Assembly (NCBI GenBank): GCA_963772375.1
Contig: CAVYXG010000007.1
Location: 187,926-251,925, forward strand
Reading direction: 5' to 3'
Origin: an uncultured Actinomycetes bacterium
GTDB taxonomy: Bacteria; Actinomycetota; UBA4738; JACQTL01
DNA: 64,000 nt
Part shown: piece by piece, positions 18,519 to 28,485 of the stretch
How the letters are laid out: each line of letters starts with the position of its first letter
How positions within the stretch are numbered: the stretch's first letter is position 1
Translations under genes and position numbers: made by a program
Notes under the pieces: generated by a model
Seen by the model: the letters and a program-made list of their open reading frames with translations, nothing else
Database searches by the model: none
What the model was told of the DNA's origin: nothing

Positions 18519-19663
18519 TGACCGCCGGAGGGTCGAACGTGACCCAGCTGACGAACAGTCCCACCGGAGAGAACCGCCACCCGGCCTGGTTCCCGGACGG
18601 GTCGTTCATCGCGTTCGACTCGACACGAGACGGGGACGCCGAGATCTTCGTCATGGACTCCGACGGATCCCACGAGCACGCCCGCACGAACAACACCGCG
18701 CGCGATGCCGATCCGTCGTGGACCCCCGGCGGCGACATCGTGTTCGAGTCCAGCCGGCGCGGCGGGAACCTCGACATCTACTCGATGGCTGCTGCCGGAT
18801 CGGCACCCCCCGTCCGGCTGACGAACGACGCCGCCGCCGACTTCGACCCGGATGTCGGGCCGGCAGGACAGATCGTGTTCGTGTCCACGCGTGACGGCAA
18901 CCGCGAGATCTATCTCATGCAGCCGGGACAGGAGGTGCAGCCGCTGACGACGGATCCCGCCGCCGACGAAGCGCCCTCCATCTCCCCGAACGGCCGGGTC
19001 GTCGCATTCGAGACGGACCGCGACGGCAACGCGGAGATCTACTCGGTCCCCGTCGAAGGGGGCGATCCCACCAACCCGACCCACAGCCCCCTCCAGGACG
19101 AGCGCCCGGAATGGGGAGGGAGTGCGTGCACCCGGTACGGGACGAACGGGATCGACACGTTGACCGCGCCACCGGGGGGCATCCTGTGCGGCGGGGCTGG
19201 ACCGGACCATCTCACCGGGACGGCCATGGGCGACATCCTGGACGGCGGGCCCGGCCGTGACGTGTTGAAGGGCATGGGTGGAGAGGACTTCATCGTCGGG
19301 GGAGAGGAGCCGAACGACCAGCTCGGCGACGCAATCGACGGTGGTGAGGGTTCCGACGAGCTCTTCGGCGGCGAAGGCCGCGACACGATCAACGGCGGCG
19401 GGGCCGGGGACGACATCTTCGGCGGGGCCGGCGACGACGACATCGACGGTGACCTGCACACGCAGAACCCGCTGGGTGACTCCATCGACGGGGGGCCGGG
19501 CAACGATTCGATGGCCGGAGGTCCTGGGAACGACGACTTCACCGCGTGCGATGGCGTCCGCGACGAGATCGACGGCCAAGGTGGGCAGAGCGACGAGGCC
19601 ACGTTCGACAAGGGAGTCGACGTGCTCGACCCCACCGTCGAGGTTCGGCATCCGTGCCCTTGA
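18518..19663 (+). CDS. PD40 (TolB-like) beta-propeller repeats followed by RTX-type GGxGxD calcium-binding repeats; probably the 3' part of the gene above
   Basis: Repeats such as FIAFDSTRDGDAEIFVMDSDGS and VVAFETDRDGNAEIYSV, then DGGPGRDVLKGMGGEDFIVGG..DGGEGSDELFGGEGRDTINGGGAGDDIFGGAGDDDIDG. There is no signal peptide if it starts at ATG 18518. Confidence 0.6.
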   Translation: MTAGGSNVTQLTNSPTGENRHPAWFPDGSFIAFDSTRDGDAEIFVMDSDGSHEHARTNNTARDADPSWTPGGDIVFESSRRGGNLDIYSMAAAGSAPPVRLTNDAAADFDPDVGPAGQIVFVSTRDGNREIYLMQPGQEVQPLTTDPAADEAPSISPNGRVVAFETDRDGNAEIYSVPVEGGDPTNPTHSPLQDERPEWGGSACTRYGTNGIDTLTAPPGGILCGGAGPDHLTGTAMGDILDGGPGRDVLKGMGGEDFIVGGEEPNDQLGDAIDGGEGSDELFGGEGRDTINGGGAGDDIFGGAGDDDIDGDLHTQNPLGDSIDGGPGNDSMAGGPGNDDFTACDGVRDEIDGQGGQSDEATFDKGVDVLDPTVEVRHPCP

Positions 19664-19780
19664 GCATCTCGGGCGGACCCGACCATGACGACGCGACCGT
19701 GGACCAGGGCATCGACTCCGTGGACGCGACCGTCGAGGACTCTGCACGCCTGCCACTGAGCGCCGGGAATGGGCCCCGGA

Positions 19781-21718
19781 TCACACCGACCGGCGGAACA
19801 CTCCCCGCGCGGTCGCGGCGTACAGCGTGTGGCCGTTCGAGCTCACGGCGATGCCCTGGACCCTCCGCGACTGGCCGTCCGGCGGGATGGCCGTGTTGAA
19901 GTCCGACCAGTTGTCCGACCCGTCCGTCGACCGGAACACGCCGAAGCCGAACAGCCCCGCGTACACGGTCGCGGGCTGGTGCGGGTCGAACTCCAGGGAA
20001 AGCACGTCGGGGGTGCCGGTGAAGCCGGCGTCCTTGGGCGACCACGACCCGCCCCCGTTGGTGGTCTCGAACACCCCGCCCTGGGTCCCCACCAGGACGT
20101 GGGTGGGGTCGGCGGGATCGATGGCCAGCGCGTTCGCGTGGAGGTCGGTCATACCGGTGTGCGCGGGGTTCCACGATCCCCCGCCGTTCGAGGTCTTGAA
20201 GACGCCGTTCCCGTTGACATCGGCCGCGTAGGCCACCTTCGCGTTGGAGGGGCTGACCGCGACGTCGACCACGATCGTGCCGGTGAGGCCGTTGCTGCGG
20301 TGGTTCCAGTGGGCACCGCCGTCGATGGTCCGCCACACGCCGTCCGACGACCCGCACGCCCAGACGACCTTCGAGTTCGATAGGGAGACCTCGATCTCGG
20401 TCACGTTCAACAGCTTGGCCGACGGCTGGAAGTGGAAGGTGATGCCGCCGTCGGTGGACTTCGCGACCGAGTGGTCGAGCAGTCCGGCCATGTACACCGT
20501 ATGCGGGTGGTGTGGGTCGACTGCGATCTCCCTGACCAGCGCGCCGCCGGGGTCGAGCGGGTTGTGCGGCGTCCAGTGCTTCCCGCCGTCGACGGTCTTC
20601 AGGAATCCCCCGCCCTCGGCCCCCTCGTAGGCGATCGACGCGTTCGTCGGATCCACGGCGACCACGTTGGCATCGGTTCCACGGAGTCCCGACTTGTCGG
20701 CCTTCCAGGAAAGCGCGTGGTTCGTGGAGCGGTACACGCCGCCCAACGTCCCGGCGAACACGACGGCCGGGTTGGTCGGGTCGAGGGCGAGCGTGAGCGG
20801 CTGCAGGTAGGCGAGCCCCGAGTTCCTGGCCACCCAGCTCCCGCCGGAGTTGGTCGACGCGAACACGCCGCCGCCGTCCGAGCCCGCATACACCCTGGCC
20901 GCATGGTGGGGATCGACGAGGAGCGCGGTCACGTCCCGGTCCCCCGCGGGGATGCCCGAGCTCGACGCGGCCCAGTGGCCCCCGCCGTTCGTGGTGTGGA
21001 ACACGCCGGTGTCGGTCCCCGCGAACGCCCTGTGGGGGTGCGTCGGATCGATCGCGAGCGCGAAGGCGGTTCCGGGGAGCCCGCCGTTCATCTTCGTCCA
21101 CGATGCCGCGGCATCCGTCGACGTGTAGACGCCCGCATCGGTGGCCGCGTACAGGACGTGGGGGTTCGAGGCGCTGATCGCGATGGTGCGCACGATGGAC
21201 GCCGGGAGCCCCGACGACTTGTGCTTCCAGGACGTCGCGCCGTCGGTGCTCTTCCAGACACCGTCGTTCTGCGTGGCCGCGTACAGGACGTCGGCGTCTC
21301 CGGGATCGATCGCCATGCCCGTGACCACCGTGCCGTTCAGGTCGGTGCTGGGGAGCGTCCACATCCCACCGCCGTTGGTCGTCCGGTGCACCCCGTCGAT
21401 CGAAGCCAGGAAGACCCGATCAGGATTCGCCGGGTCCACGGCGAGTCCGGCGATATCGAACGTCATCAGGCCGTTGCCGGCGTCCGACCAGTGCAGACCG
21501 CCGTCGGTGGACTTGCTGACGCTCTCGTCGCCCACCCGGTCGTCGAGGGTGGCGTAGACCGTGGACGGGTTCGAGGGGGCGACGGCGATGGCCTCGACGC
21601 TCCCGCCGGGTGGCCCGGTGAACTTCCAGGGCGTGGCCGCGCGGGCCGGTCCGGCGACCACCACCGTGAGCGATACGGCGACGAGCGCCGTCGCCAACAA
21701 CCCTCCCGAGCGTCGCAT
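19781..21718 (-). CDS. secreted BNR/Asp-box repeat protein (sialidase-like or Ycf48-like beta-propellers)
   Basis: ATG at 21718 follows GGGGAGGAG. Signal peptide MRRSGGLLATALVAVSLTVVVAGPARA. More than 10 S/TxDGGxxW Asp-boxes (KSTDGGLHW, TTNGGGMW, KSTDGATSW, TSNGGGSW...). Confidence 0.85.
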   Translation of the reverse strand: MRRSGGLLATALVAVSLTVVVAGPARAATPWKFTGPPGGSVEAIAVAPSNPSTVYATLDDRVGDESVSKSTDGGLHWSDAGNGLMTFDIAGLAVDPANPDRVFLASIDGVHRTTNGGGMWTLPSTDLNGTVVTGMAIDPGDADVLYAATQNDGVWKSTDGATSWKHKSSGLPASIVRTIAISASNPHVLYAATDAGVYTSTDAAASWTKMNGGLPGTAFALAIDPTHPHRAFAGTDTGVFHTTNGGGHWAASSSGIPAGDRDVTALLVDPHHAARVYAGSDGGGVFASTNSGGSWVARNSGLAYLQPLTLALDPTNPAVVFAGTLGGVYRSTNHALSWKADKSGLRGTDANVVAVDPTNASIAYEGAEGGGFLKTVDGGKHWTPHNPLDPGGALVREIAVDPHHPHTVYMAGLLDHSVAKSTDGGITFHFQPSAKLLNVTEIEVSLSNSKVVWACGSSDGVWRTIDGGAHWNHRSNGLTGTIVVDVAVSPSNAKVAYAADVNGNGVFKTSNGGGSWNPAHTGMTDLHANALAIDPADPTHVLVGTQGGVFETTNGGGSWSPKDAGFTGTPDVLSLEFDPHQPATVYAGLFGFGVFRSTDGSDNWSDFNTAIPPDGQSRRVQGIAVSSNGHTLYAATARGVFRRSV

Positions 21719-21900
21719 CGAGCTCCTCCCCATCTCCCACGGTCGAGCGCAGATTAGCCCGGTCGATCGGTCTCGGGACGCGGCGGCGGCTTCGGAACGG
21801 CCCCTCGCTACCGAGACGGTGCTGATCCAGCCGGACTCCGAGGTTCGCCCGGCTCTGCGACCGCACACCCATCCGGGCAGGAACCCGGGGGCCGCGCCGA

Positions 21901-22062
21901 TCACCAACGATCGGGAATGGAGTAGCGGGCTGGCTCGTGGAGCGCGCAGTACCGGCGCGAGGGGTTGTATCGGCTGAGGAACGCGCCGCACTCGACGCAA
22001 CGCCTCCGCCCCTCTTCCGGTACCGGTTCCGCCCTGGCAAGCGCGGATCGCAGCGCCTGCAT
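21901..22062 (-). CDS. hypothetical small protein with CxxC ... CxxH motif
   Basis: 53-aa ORF MQALRSALARAEPVPEEGRRRCVECGAFLSRYNPSRRYCALHEPARYSIPDRW. No clear RBS and start uncertain. Confidence 0.25.
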   Translation of the reverse strand: MQALRSALARAEPVPEEGRRRCVECGAFLSRYNPSRRYCALHEPARYSIPDRW

Positions 22063-22631
22063 CTGAGCCAGGACGAGGGGGTCAGCTGCGCTGGAGGGTG
22101 CGATGCGAATGGCCGGGGGGTGGCTCACGACTCGAGCATGACGACGCAGAAGGCCGGCGCCAACGGGCGGAGGGCCATTTCCGTTGAGCCCAAGGTCGGT
22201 TCGTTCCGCTTCCGGCTTCGGCCGAAGGTCGTGAGGCTCCTGGCGGAGTCGTGCCTCGAACGTCCTGGCGCCGGTCGGCCCGGAGCGGTCGCGCTTCGTC
22301 ACGAGAACCCGGGTCGTCACCACCGACGCGGAGGCCAGGAGGAAGTTCCGCGCTGCTGGGCGCCGATGTCCGCCGGGATCATCCTGATCCGCTACTTCAG
22401 CCTTCCCATGGTGAAACGGGCCGCCGAGTCTGAGGTCCGATGGTCGTCGCGCGAGGCGCGTCGCATTCGAGCGGGACGTCGAAGCGGCGTGATCGGCGGG
22501 ACGCGACGGCCGATTCCTCGCTCGATTCCGGGGCACGTCCGCCCCATCCAGGGGCCAACGGTCCCCGGACCGGGTGATCCCGGGACCTACGGTGGATCGA
22601 AGCGACGACGATCCAGAAGGAAGGGAACCCC

Positions 22632-24863
22632 ATGGGTGATGGACGGGTTCAGAGGTCGGCGGGGCGGTCCCCCGATGGGCGTGAATCCCGAGGCCCGAGG
22701 CGTGTATCGACCCTCGCAGGGATCCTCCTCGTGGGAGCGTCCGTGCTGGTGGCAACCGGGACCACCCCCGCGCGAGCGGCCGTCTACGGCCCTCAGCAAA
22801 CCCTCATCGGCGCCGCGCTGAACAACCCGACCGGTGTCGCCACAGATGCCGCCGGAGACCTGTTCGTCGCCGACACCAACAACGACCGGATCATGGAACT
22901 GCCCCATGGCTCGACCAACTGGGCCGAGGTTCCCTTCACCGACATCGCCGAGCCGTCGTCCGTGGCGGTCGACGCGGCCGGGGACGTGTTCGTGACGAGC
23001 GACTGGGACAGCCGGGTGGTGGAGCTCGTCCACGGCTCGAATACCCAGGTCGACCTCCCGTTCTCGGGGTTCCCGATCGGCGGCCTGGCTGCCAACGGCG
23101 CCGGGGACGTCTTCGTCACCGACGCCGGGAGCTCCCGGGTCCTGGAGCTGGTGCACGGCTCGGACACGCCGACGGTCCTCCCGTTCGGGGACTGGTACCT
23201 CCAGGACCCGATGGGCGTCACGGTCGACGGTTCCGGGGACGTGTTCGTGGCCGACATGGGGAACGACCGCGTGGTCAAGCTCGCCGACGGCTCGAGCACC
23301 CCCACCGTCCTGCCTTTCGGCGACCTCAGCGAGCCCACGGCCGTCGCGGTCGACGGGGTGGGGAACGTGTTCGCCACGCCCTACGGCGGCTGCCAGGTGG
23401 TCGAGCTCGTCCACACCACGAATACCCAGGTGACGCTGCCGTTCGACGGGACCATCGAGGTCCGTGGCGTGGCCGCGGACGGCTCCGGGAATGTGTTCGT
23501 GTCCGACATCAGCGCGAACGCCACGAGAGCGGCGGCAGACCCGGGGCCGACGAGACGCATCAGCGAGGTTGGAGGTCGGATCATGGAGCTGGCGCACGGC
23601 TCCGACACGCCGACCGTCCTGCCGGTCAGCGGGCTCCGCACCCCCTATGGGGTGGCGGCCAACACCGCCGGTGACCTGGTCGTGGCCGATACGGACAATG
23701 CGCGCGTGATCGAGCGACGACACGGCTCGTCCACGTGGACCCGGCTGCCGTTCACCGGGCTCAATGCCCCGACCGGCGCGGCGATCGATGAAGCCGGGAA
23801 CGTGTACGTGGTCGACGGGACCCGTGTGCTGGAGCTGCCGCGCGGCTCGAGCAGCCAGAAGTTGCTGCCCTTCAGTGGCCTTCGGCACCCGAACTGCGTG
23901 GCGGTGGACGGCGCGGGCAATGTGTTCGTCGCCGACGGCGGGAACGACCGGGTGGTGGAGCTCACCCACGGGTCCTGGACACAGGCGACGCTCCCGTTCA
24001 CCGGGCTCTACGAGCCCCAGGGCGTGGCCGTCGACGCAGCGGGGGATGTGTTCGTCAGCGACTGGGGGCACAGCCGCGTGCTGGAGCTCCCCGGCGGCTC
24101 GCCTCCCCAGCTCCAGATCGGACCACTGAACGGGGTGCTGGGTTGGGCGCTCGCGGTCGACGCCTCCGGGGACTTGATCGTCGCCGACAAGCTCGGGGGT
24201 GACGTCCTGGAGCTGGACCTGTGGTCGAGCTCCGCAACCGCGGTGCCCTTCGACATCGTGTTTCCGTACGGCGTGACCGTGGACGGCTCCGGGAACGTGT
24301 ACGCGATCGACGGGTACTGGTCCCGGCTCGTAGAGGTGCCCAACACGGCGGGGCCGCCTCCCATCACCACCATCGTCTCCGGGCCATCCGGAACGGTGCG
24401 GAGCACGCTGGCGAGGTTCGCGTTCTCGTCGACGCAGGGCGGCTCCACCTACCACTGCGCCCTCGACGCCGGAGCGTGGAAGGCCTGCACGTCGCCCAGG
24501 ACCTACACGGGGCTCGGCCAGGGCCCCCATACGTTCCGGGTGGTGGCCACCAACCACGCCCACGAGACCGACCCGACGCCGACCTCCCGGAGCTGGAAGG
24601 TCGACACGATCCGGCCGCAGACCACGATCACGCATCACCCGGCGGCGACGGTCCACCTGTCGACCGCGGTGTTCTCGTTCATGTCCTCCCAGCGGGGGTC
24701 CACGTTCCTCTGCTCGGTCGACCGCAAACCCCTCGCCACGTGCACGTCGCCGAAGCGCTACCAGGGGCTGCGAGCCGGCCGGCACGTGTTCGTAGTGAGG
24801 GCCGAGGACCCGGCCGGGAATGTCGACCCGACGCCCGCCGCGTGGCACTGGAAGGTTGCCTAG
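22632..24863 (+). CDS. secreted NHL-repeat beta-propeller protein with two C-terminal Ig-like repeat modules
   Basis: RBS GAAGGAAGGG, TM/signal VSTLAGILLVGASVLVATG. About 12 NHL-type repeats (P.GVAVD.AGDVFVAD..N.RVVEL). The C-terminus holds two copies of F.F.S....STF.C..D...W..CTSP..Y.GL..G.H.F.V.A. Confidence 0.85.
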   Translation: MGDGRVQRSAGRSPDGRESRGPRRVSTLAGILLVGASVLVATGTTPARAAVYGPQQTLIGAALNNPTGVATDAAGDLFVADTNNDRIMELPHGSTNWAEVPFTDIAEPSSVAVDAAGDVFVTSDWDSRVVELVHGSNTQVDLPFSGFPIGGLAANGAGDVFVTDAGSSRVLELVHGSDTPTVLPFGDWYLQDPMGVTVDGSGDVFVADMGNDRVVKLADGSSTPTVLPFGDLSEPTAVAVDGVGNVFATPYGGCQVVELVHTTNTQVTLPFDGTIEVRGVAADGSGNVFVSDISANATRAAADPGPTRRISEVGGRIMELAHGSDTPTVLPVSGLRTPYGVAANTAGDLVVADTDNARVIERRHGSSTWTRLPFTGLNAPTGAAIDEAGNVYVVDGTRVLELPRGSSSQKLLPFSGLRHPNCVAVDGAGNVFVADGGNDRVVELTHGSWTQATLPFTGLYEPQGVAVDAAGDVFVSDWGHSRVLELPGGSPPQLQIGPLNGVLGWALAVDASGDLIVADKLGGDVLELDLWSSSATAVPFDIVFPYGVTVDGSGNVYAIDGYWSRLVEVPNTAGPPPITTIVSGPSGTVRSTLARFAFSSTQGGSTYHCALDAGAWKACTSPRTYTGLGQGPHTFRVVATNHAHETDPTPTSRSWKVDTIRPQTTITHHPAATVHLSTAVFSFMSSQRGSTFLCSVDRKPLATCTSPKRYQGLRAGRHVFVVRAEDPAGNVDPTPAAWHWKVA

Positions 24864-25277
24864 CCGACCCGTCGAACGGCCCCGCCACGACGAGACGAAT
24901 GGCGCCGCTCCGGACCGCATCAGGTCACGGCCGGCGGGGTGGCGGGCACGTTCACGTTCGCGAACGTCGCACCGGGCACGCGCAAGACGCTCACGCTGAA
25001 GGTCACCATCGGGAACCGCGTGCACGCGGGGACGGCCCGTTCCTGGCTCGTGACCGCCTCGTCGCAGGGGGCCAATCCGCCGGCGAAGGACGCGGTGAAA
25101 GCGACCGTCACCGCGAAGTAGCCCGGCCTCACCGGCGGCCGATAGACCTTCGGCGGCTCCGCGACGCTGTTGGCGTGCGAGCCCGATGGTACGGTTGGCG
25201 AACGGCGATAAACCATGACAAACCGACTCGCCCCCCGGTAGGGCCGGGCGCTCGTCCATCGAGCCGGGAGTGATCCG

Positions 25278-26366
25278 GTGCCGATCGGCTACCTGATCAC
25301 CTCCGGGCTCGTGGCGACGGGCGTGCCGCTCGTGCTGGTGCGATTCCGCCCGCGCCATTCGCGGCCGATCAGCGTGACCCACGTGCTCGGCTGGGTGGTC
25401 GGCGAGTCACCGTTGCTCGCCTTCGGCCTGCTCGTCGCCTCGACGGCGTTGGCGGTCGGTCAGAGCGGGATCGACTCGCCGTTCTTCTGGATCGGGTTCG
25501 GATCGGCGGTCCTGGCGTCCGCCGGGCTCATCATCGTCGCCCTCCGTGCGGAGCGGACGGGACCCGCGCTCGATCGTGCCCTGAGCGAGGGCCTTGGCCC
25601 CGGATGGGGCGGCACCGTCGATCCCGAGCTCGCCGCTCGGCTCCGCCGTCGGCCTCGCCTCGCCCGCGCCCTGTACGCGCCGTTCCCCCTGCGCCATCCC
25701 GATGTCGAGCGAGTGGCGAACATCAGCTACGGTGGCGAGGGCAGGGCCAATCGGCTCGACCTGTACCGGCACCGCTCCCGCCCCGCCACGGGCCCCACGT
25801 TGATCCACTTCCATGGGGGAGGGTTCGTGTTCGGCCGGAAGAGCCGCGAGGCTCGACCGCTCTTCGCCCGTCTGGCCAGACAGGGCTGGACCTGCATCAG
25901 CGCGAACTACCGCCTCGGTCGGGCCGCCCGATTCCCCGATCCCCTGATCGACGTCAAGCGGACCCTCGCATGGGTGCGCGACCACGGCCCCGAGCACGGC
26001 GCGGACCCCGAGATGGTGTTCGTGGCGGGCAGCTCCGCCGGCGCTCACCTGGCGACGTTGGCCGCACTCACACCCAACGAGGCCCTGTTCCAGCCCGGCT
26101 TCGAGCATGCGGACACCTCGGTCAGCGCCGCGATCTGCCTCTACGGCTACTTCGGCCCGATCGACGGGGGCGGGCGCGAACCGTCATCGCCGGCGGCGTA
26201 CCTCGGAGTGATCATGGCGCTTGCGCGCCACCCGCATCCGATGAAAATGGGCGGGTCGTCCGGCGACGTCGGGCTGGCTTGGTGCTACGAGCCCGTCTCT
26301 GAGTGGGACGCGGGAGCCTCGGGAACCCACAACTGTTGCCTCGAGCACGAACCACAGACTCCGTGA
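25278..26366 (+). pseudogene. membrane-anchored alpha/beta-hydrolase (esterase/lipase), C-terminus replaced at the IS110 junction
   Basis: HFHGGGFVFG oxyanion motif and GSSAGAHLA nucleophile elbow are present. After ...EPSSPAAYLG (about 26205) the sequence loses family resemblance, and the Asp/His part of the triad is missing. Confidence 0.55.
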
Positions 26367-27670
26367 GATGAGGCTCCTCCGGGCGGCATGGCGCTGCCCG
26401 CCCGAGGGAAGGAGGAGCAGTTGGACGTCCTCATCGAACGGTGCGCGGGCCTCGACGTCCACAAGGACACCGTGATGGCCTGCGTCAGGTACCCGGGGCC
26501 TGGCCGGGAACGCCTCCAGGAGGTCCACGAGTTCGGCACCACCACGCACGCGCTGCTCGCTCTCGCCGACTGGCTCGCGTCCTACGGCGTCACGGTGGTG
26601 GGGATGGAGTCCACCGGGGTGTACTGGAAGCCGGTGTACTACGTGCTGGAGGATGCCTTCGACACCCAGGTGCTGAACGCCAGGCACCTCAAGGCCGTCC
26701 CGGGGCGCAAGACCGACGTCCGCGACTCGGAGTGGATCGCCCAGCTCGTGGAGCACGGTCTGGTCCGACCGTCGTTCGTGCCGCCGAAGCCCATCCGGGA
26801 GCTCCGCAACCTCACCCGGTACCGCAAGGCTCAGATCGAGGAGCGGACCCGGGAGGCCCAGCGCCTGGACAAGATCCTGCAGGACGCCGGGGTCAAGCTG
26901 TCATCGGTGGCCTCGGACATCCTGGGGGTGTCCGGCCGGGCCATGCTCACCGCGCTGGTCGAGGGGACCCGCGACCCCGAGGTGCTGGCCGAGCTCGCCA
27001 GAGGACAGCTCCGCAAGAAGATCCCCGCCCTGAAGGAGGCCCTCACGGGGCGGTTCGGGTCACACCACGCCCTCATCGTGGGGACCATCCTGTCCAAGCT
27101 CGAGTTCCTGGAGGAGGTCATCGCTCACCTCTCGGCGGAGATCGAGGAGGCGATCGCCCCTTTCGCCCTCGCCGTTGAGGTGCTCCGGACGATCCCCGGG
27201 GTGGACCGGCGAACGGCCGAGACCATGGTGGCCGAGATTGGGGTGGACATGGACCAGTTCGGCTCGGCCGGGAGGTTGGCCTCGTGGGCCGGGATGTGTC
27301 CGGGCAACGACGAGTCGGCCGGCAAACACCGGTCGGGGAAGACCCGCAAGGGCTCGAAGTGGCTCCGGACCGCCCTGGTGGAGGCGGCAAAGGGCGCGGC
27401 CCGATCGAAGGGCACGTACCTGGCTGCCCAGCACGCCCGGTTGAGGGGCCGTCGCGGTTCACGCAAGGCCACCATCGCCGTGGGCCACTCGATCCTGGTC
27501 GCCGCCTACCACATGCTCGACAAAGGAGTTCCCTACCAGGACCTTGGCGCCGACCACTTCGTCCGTCACGACCCGAAGCTCCACACCGCGCGGCTCGTCC
27601 GGCAGTTGCAGGCGATCGGCTACCGCGTCACCCTCGAGGAGGTGGAGGCCGCGTAGCCAACCGAGGGCAT
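26205..27670 (+). mobile_element. IS110-family insertion sequence (boundaries approximate)
   Basis: Single transposase ORF. The left limit is where the esterase similarity ends. The right limit is where the delta-60 remnant on the opposite strand ends. No inverted repeats are expected for IS110. Confidence 0.6.
26388..27656 (+). CDS. IS110 family transposase
   Basis: LDVLIERCAGLDVHKDTVMACV...VVGMESTGVYWKPVYYVLED (DEDD N-domain) and C-terminal PGVDRRTAETMVAEIG...SAGKHRSGKTRKGSKWLRTALVEAA. Confidence 0.95.
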   Translation: MALPARGKEEQLDVLIERCAGLDVHKDTVMACVRYPGPGRERLQEVHEFGTTTHALLALADWLASYGVTVVGMESTGVYWKPVYYVLEDAFDTQVLNARHLKAVPGRKTDVRDSEWIAQLVEHGLVRPSFVPPKPIRELRNLTRYRKAQIEERTREAQRLDKILQDAGVKLSSVASDILGVSGRAMLTALVEGTRDPEVLAELARGQLRKKIPALKEALTGRFGSHHALIVGTILSKLEFLEEVIAHLSAEIEEAIAPFALAVEVLRTIPGVDRRTAETMVAEIGVDMDQFGSAGRLASWAGMCPGNDESAGKHRSGKTRKGSKWLRTALVEAAKGAARSKGTYLAAQHARLRGRRGSRKATIAVGHSILVAAYHMLDKGVPYQDLGADHFVRHDPKLHTARLVRQLQAIGYRVTLEEVEAA

Positions 27671-27671
27671 T

Positions 27672-27990
27672 TTCACCACAGCCAATGTCGAGCCGATAGT
27701 TCCGCTCACCACGATCCGGTTGTCCGCGTCGACTGCCAGGTCGTCCAGCTCCTTGGGGTCCGTGCCGTTCCGGGTGATGACCGTGTAGTCGCCGCCGCCG
27801 AAGGTCGCGTCCGGTTGCCCGTTCGGCAGCCGGCGGATCATGGCGATCCGGTTGTTCCCGTCCCTGCTCCCTGCGTGTCGACCGCAACGACGATCTTCCC
27901 GCTCGGCAGCACCGCGTGGGCCTCAACATGGAGGCCAACGCCGACCAGAACAAGCCGGCCCACCGCCCGACCCGCGACCGACCCCACCAG
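27672..27990 (-). pseudogene. remnant of a delta-60-repeat protein gene (no start, internal frameshift near 27840, 3' end cut by IS110)
   Basis: Fragments AHAVLPSGKIVVAVDT and IRRLPNGQPDATFGGGDYTVITRNG...LAVDADNRIVVSGT lie in two frames. Same repeat type as 32788..34005 and 44756..47505. Confidence 0.45.
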
Positions 27991-28095
27991 GCCACTCAGA
28001 GGAGGGGACGTGGCCGGATTGAGGCTGTTCTGGGGTAGCCTCCCGACCGCCTCCTCGTCGATGATTGCCCTGTTCCCTCCCCCGGAGGCTTCCCC

Positions 28096-28350
28096 TTGGT
28101 TCGTTGTCCGAGTTGCGAGTCCACCCGCGTTCTCCTCGTTCTGCGCGATCCCGTGGGAAGGGCCCTGTGCTTGAAGTGCCAGACGGAGTGGGTCCAGGAC
28201 GGCATCAACCAACGCGGCGTTCATCCACATTCTGCGCCCGCCTTCACGCCGTCTCAGCCCCGTTCGTCATCGGCGTCCACGACGCCGACGGTGTCCGCGT
28301 TCAGGAACGTCCTTCCGGGTTCCGCTGAGGTAGGCGACGCAACGCGATGA
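28096..28350 (+). CDS. hypothetical small zinc-ribbon protein
   Basis: TTG start 8 nt after GGAGG. VRCPSCESTRVLLVLRDPVGRALCLKCQTEW has a CxxC...CxxC pattern. The C-terminal half is low complexity. Confidence 0.3.
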   Translation: MVRCPSCESTRVLLVLRDPVGRALCLKCQTEWVQDGINQRGVHPHSAPAFTPSQPRSSSASTTPTVSAFRNVLPGSAEVGDATR

Positions 28351-28485
28351 TGAGGACCCCGAGGTCCAGCGCGACCACGCCGTGCACTAGCCCCGGCCCG
28401 CGCACGTTCCGGGGGAAGGCGAGCCAGTCCGCGAACGCGGTGGACCATCGTCTTTGTGGCCAGGGTCAGATCGGAGGAGTTGCGG

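Noticed and set aside
18518-19663. RTX repeats as evidence for a type I secretion system
   Set aside because: No ABC exporter, membrane-fusion protein or TolC-like genes are in the window. GGxGxD repeats also occur in Sec-dependent proteins of Gram-positives.
24939-25121. 60-aa ORF (..TFTFANVAPGTRKTLTLKVTIGNRVHAGTARSWLVTASS..) resembling the end of a DUF11/CARDB-like beta-sandwich protein
   Set aside because: It has no start context, no signal peptide and is too short. It may be a gene remnant, but I cannot support it as a feature.
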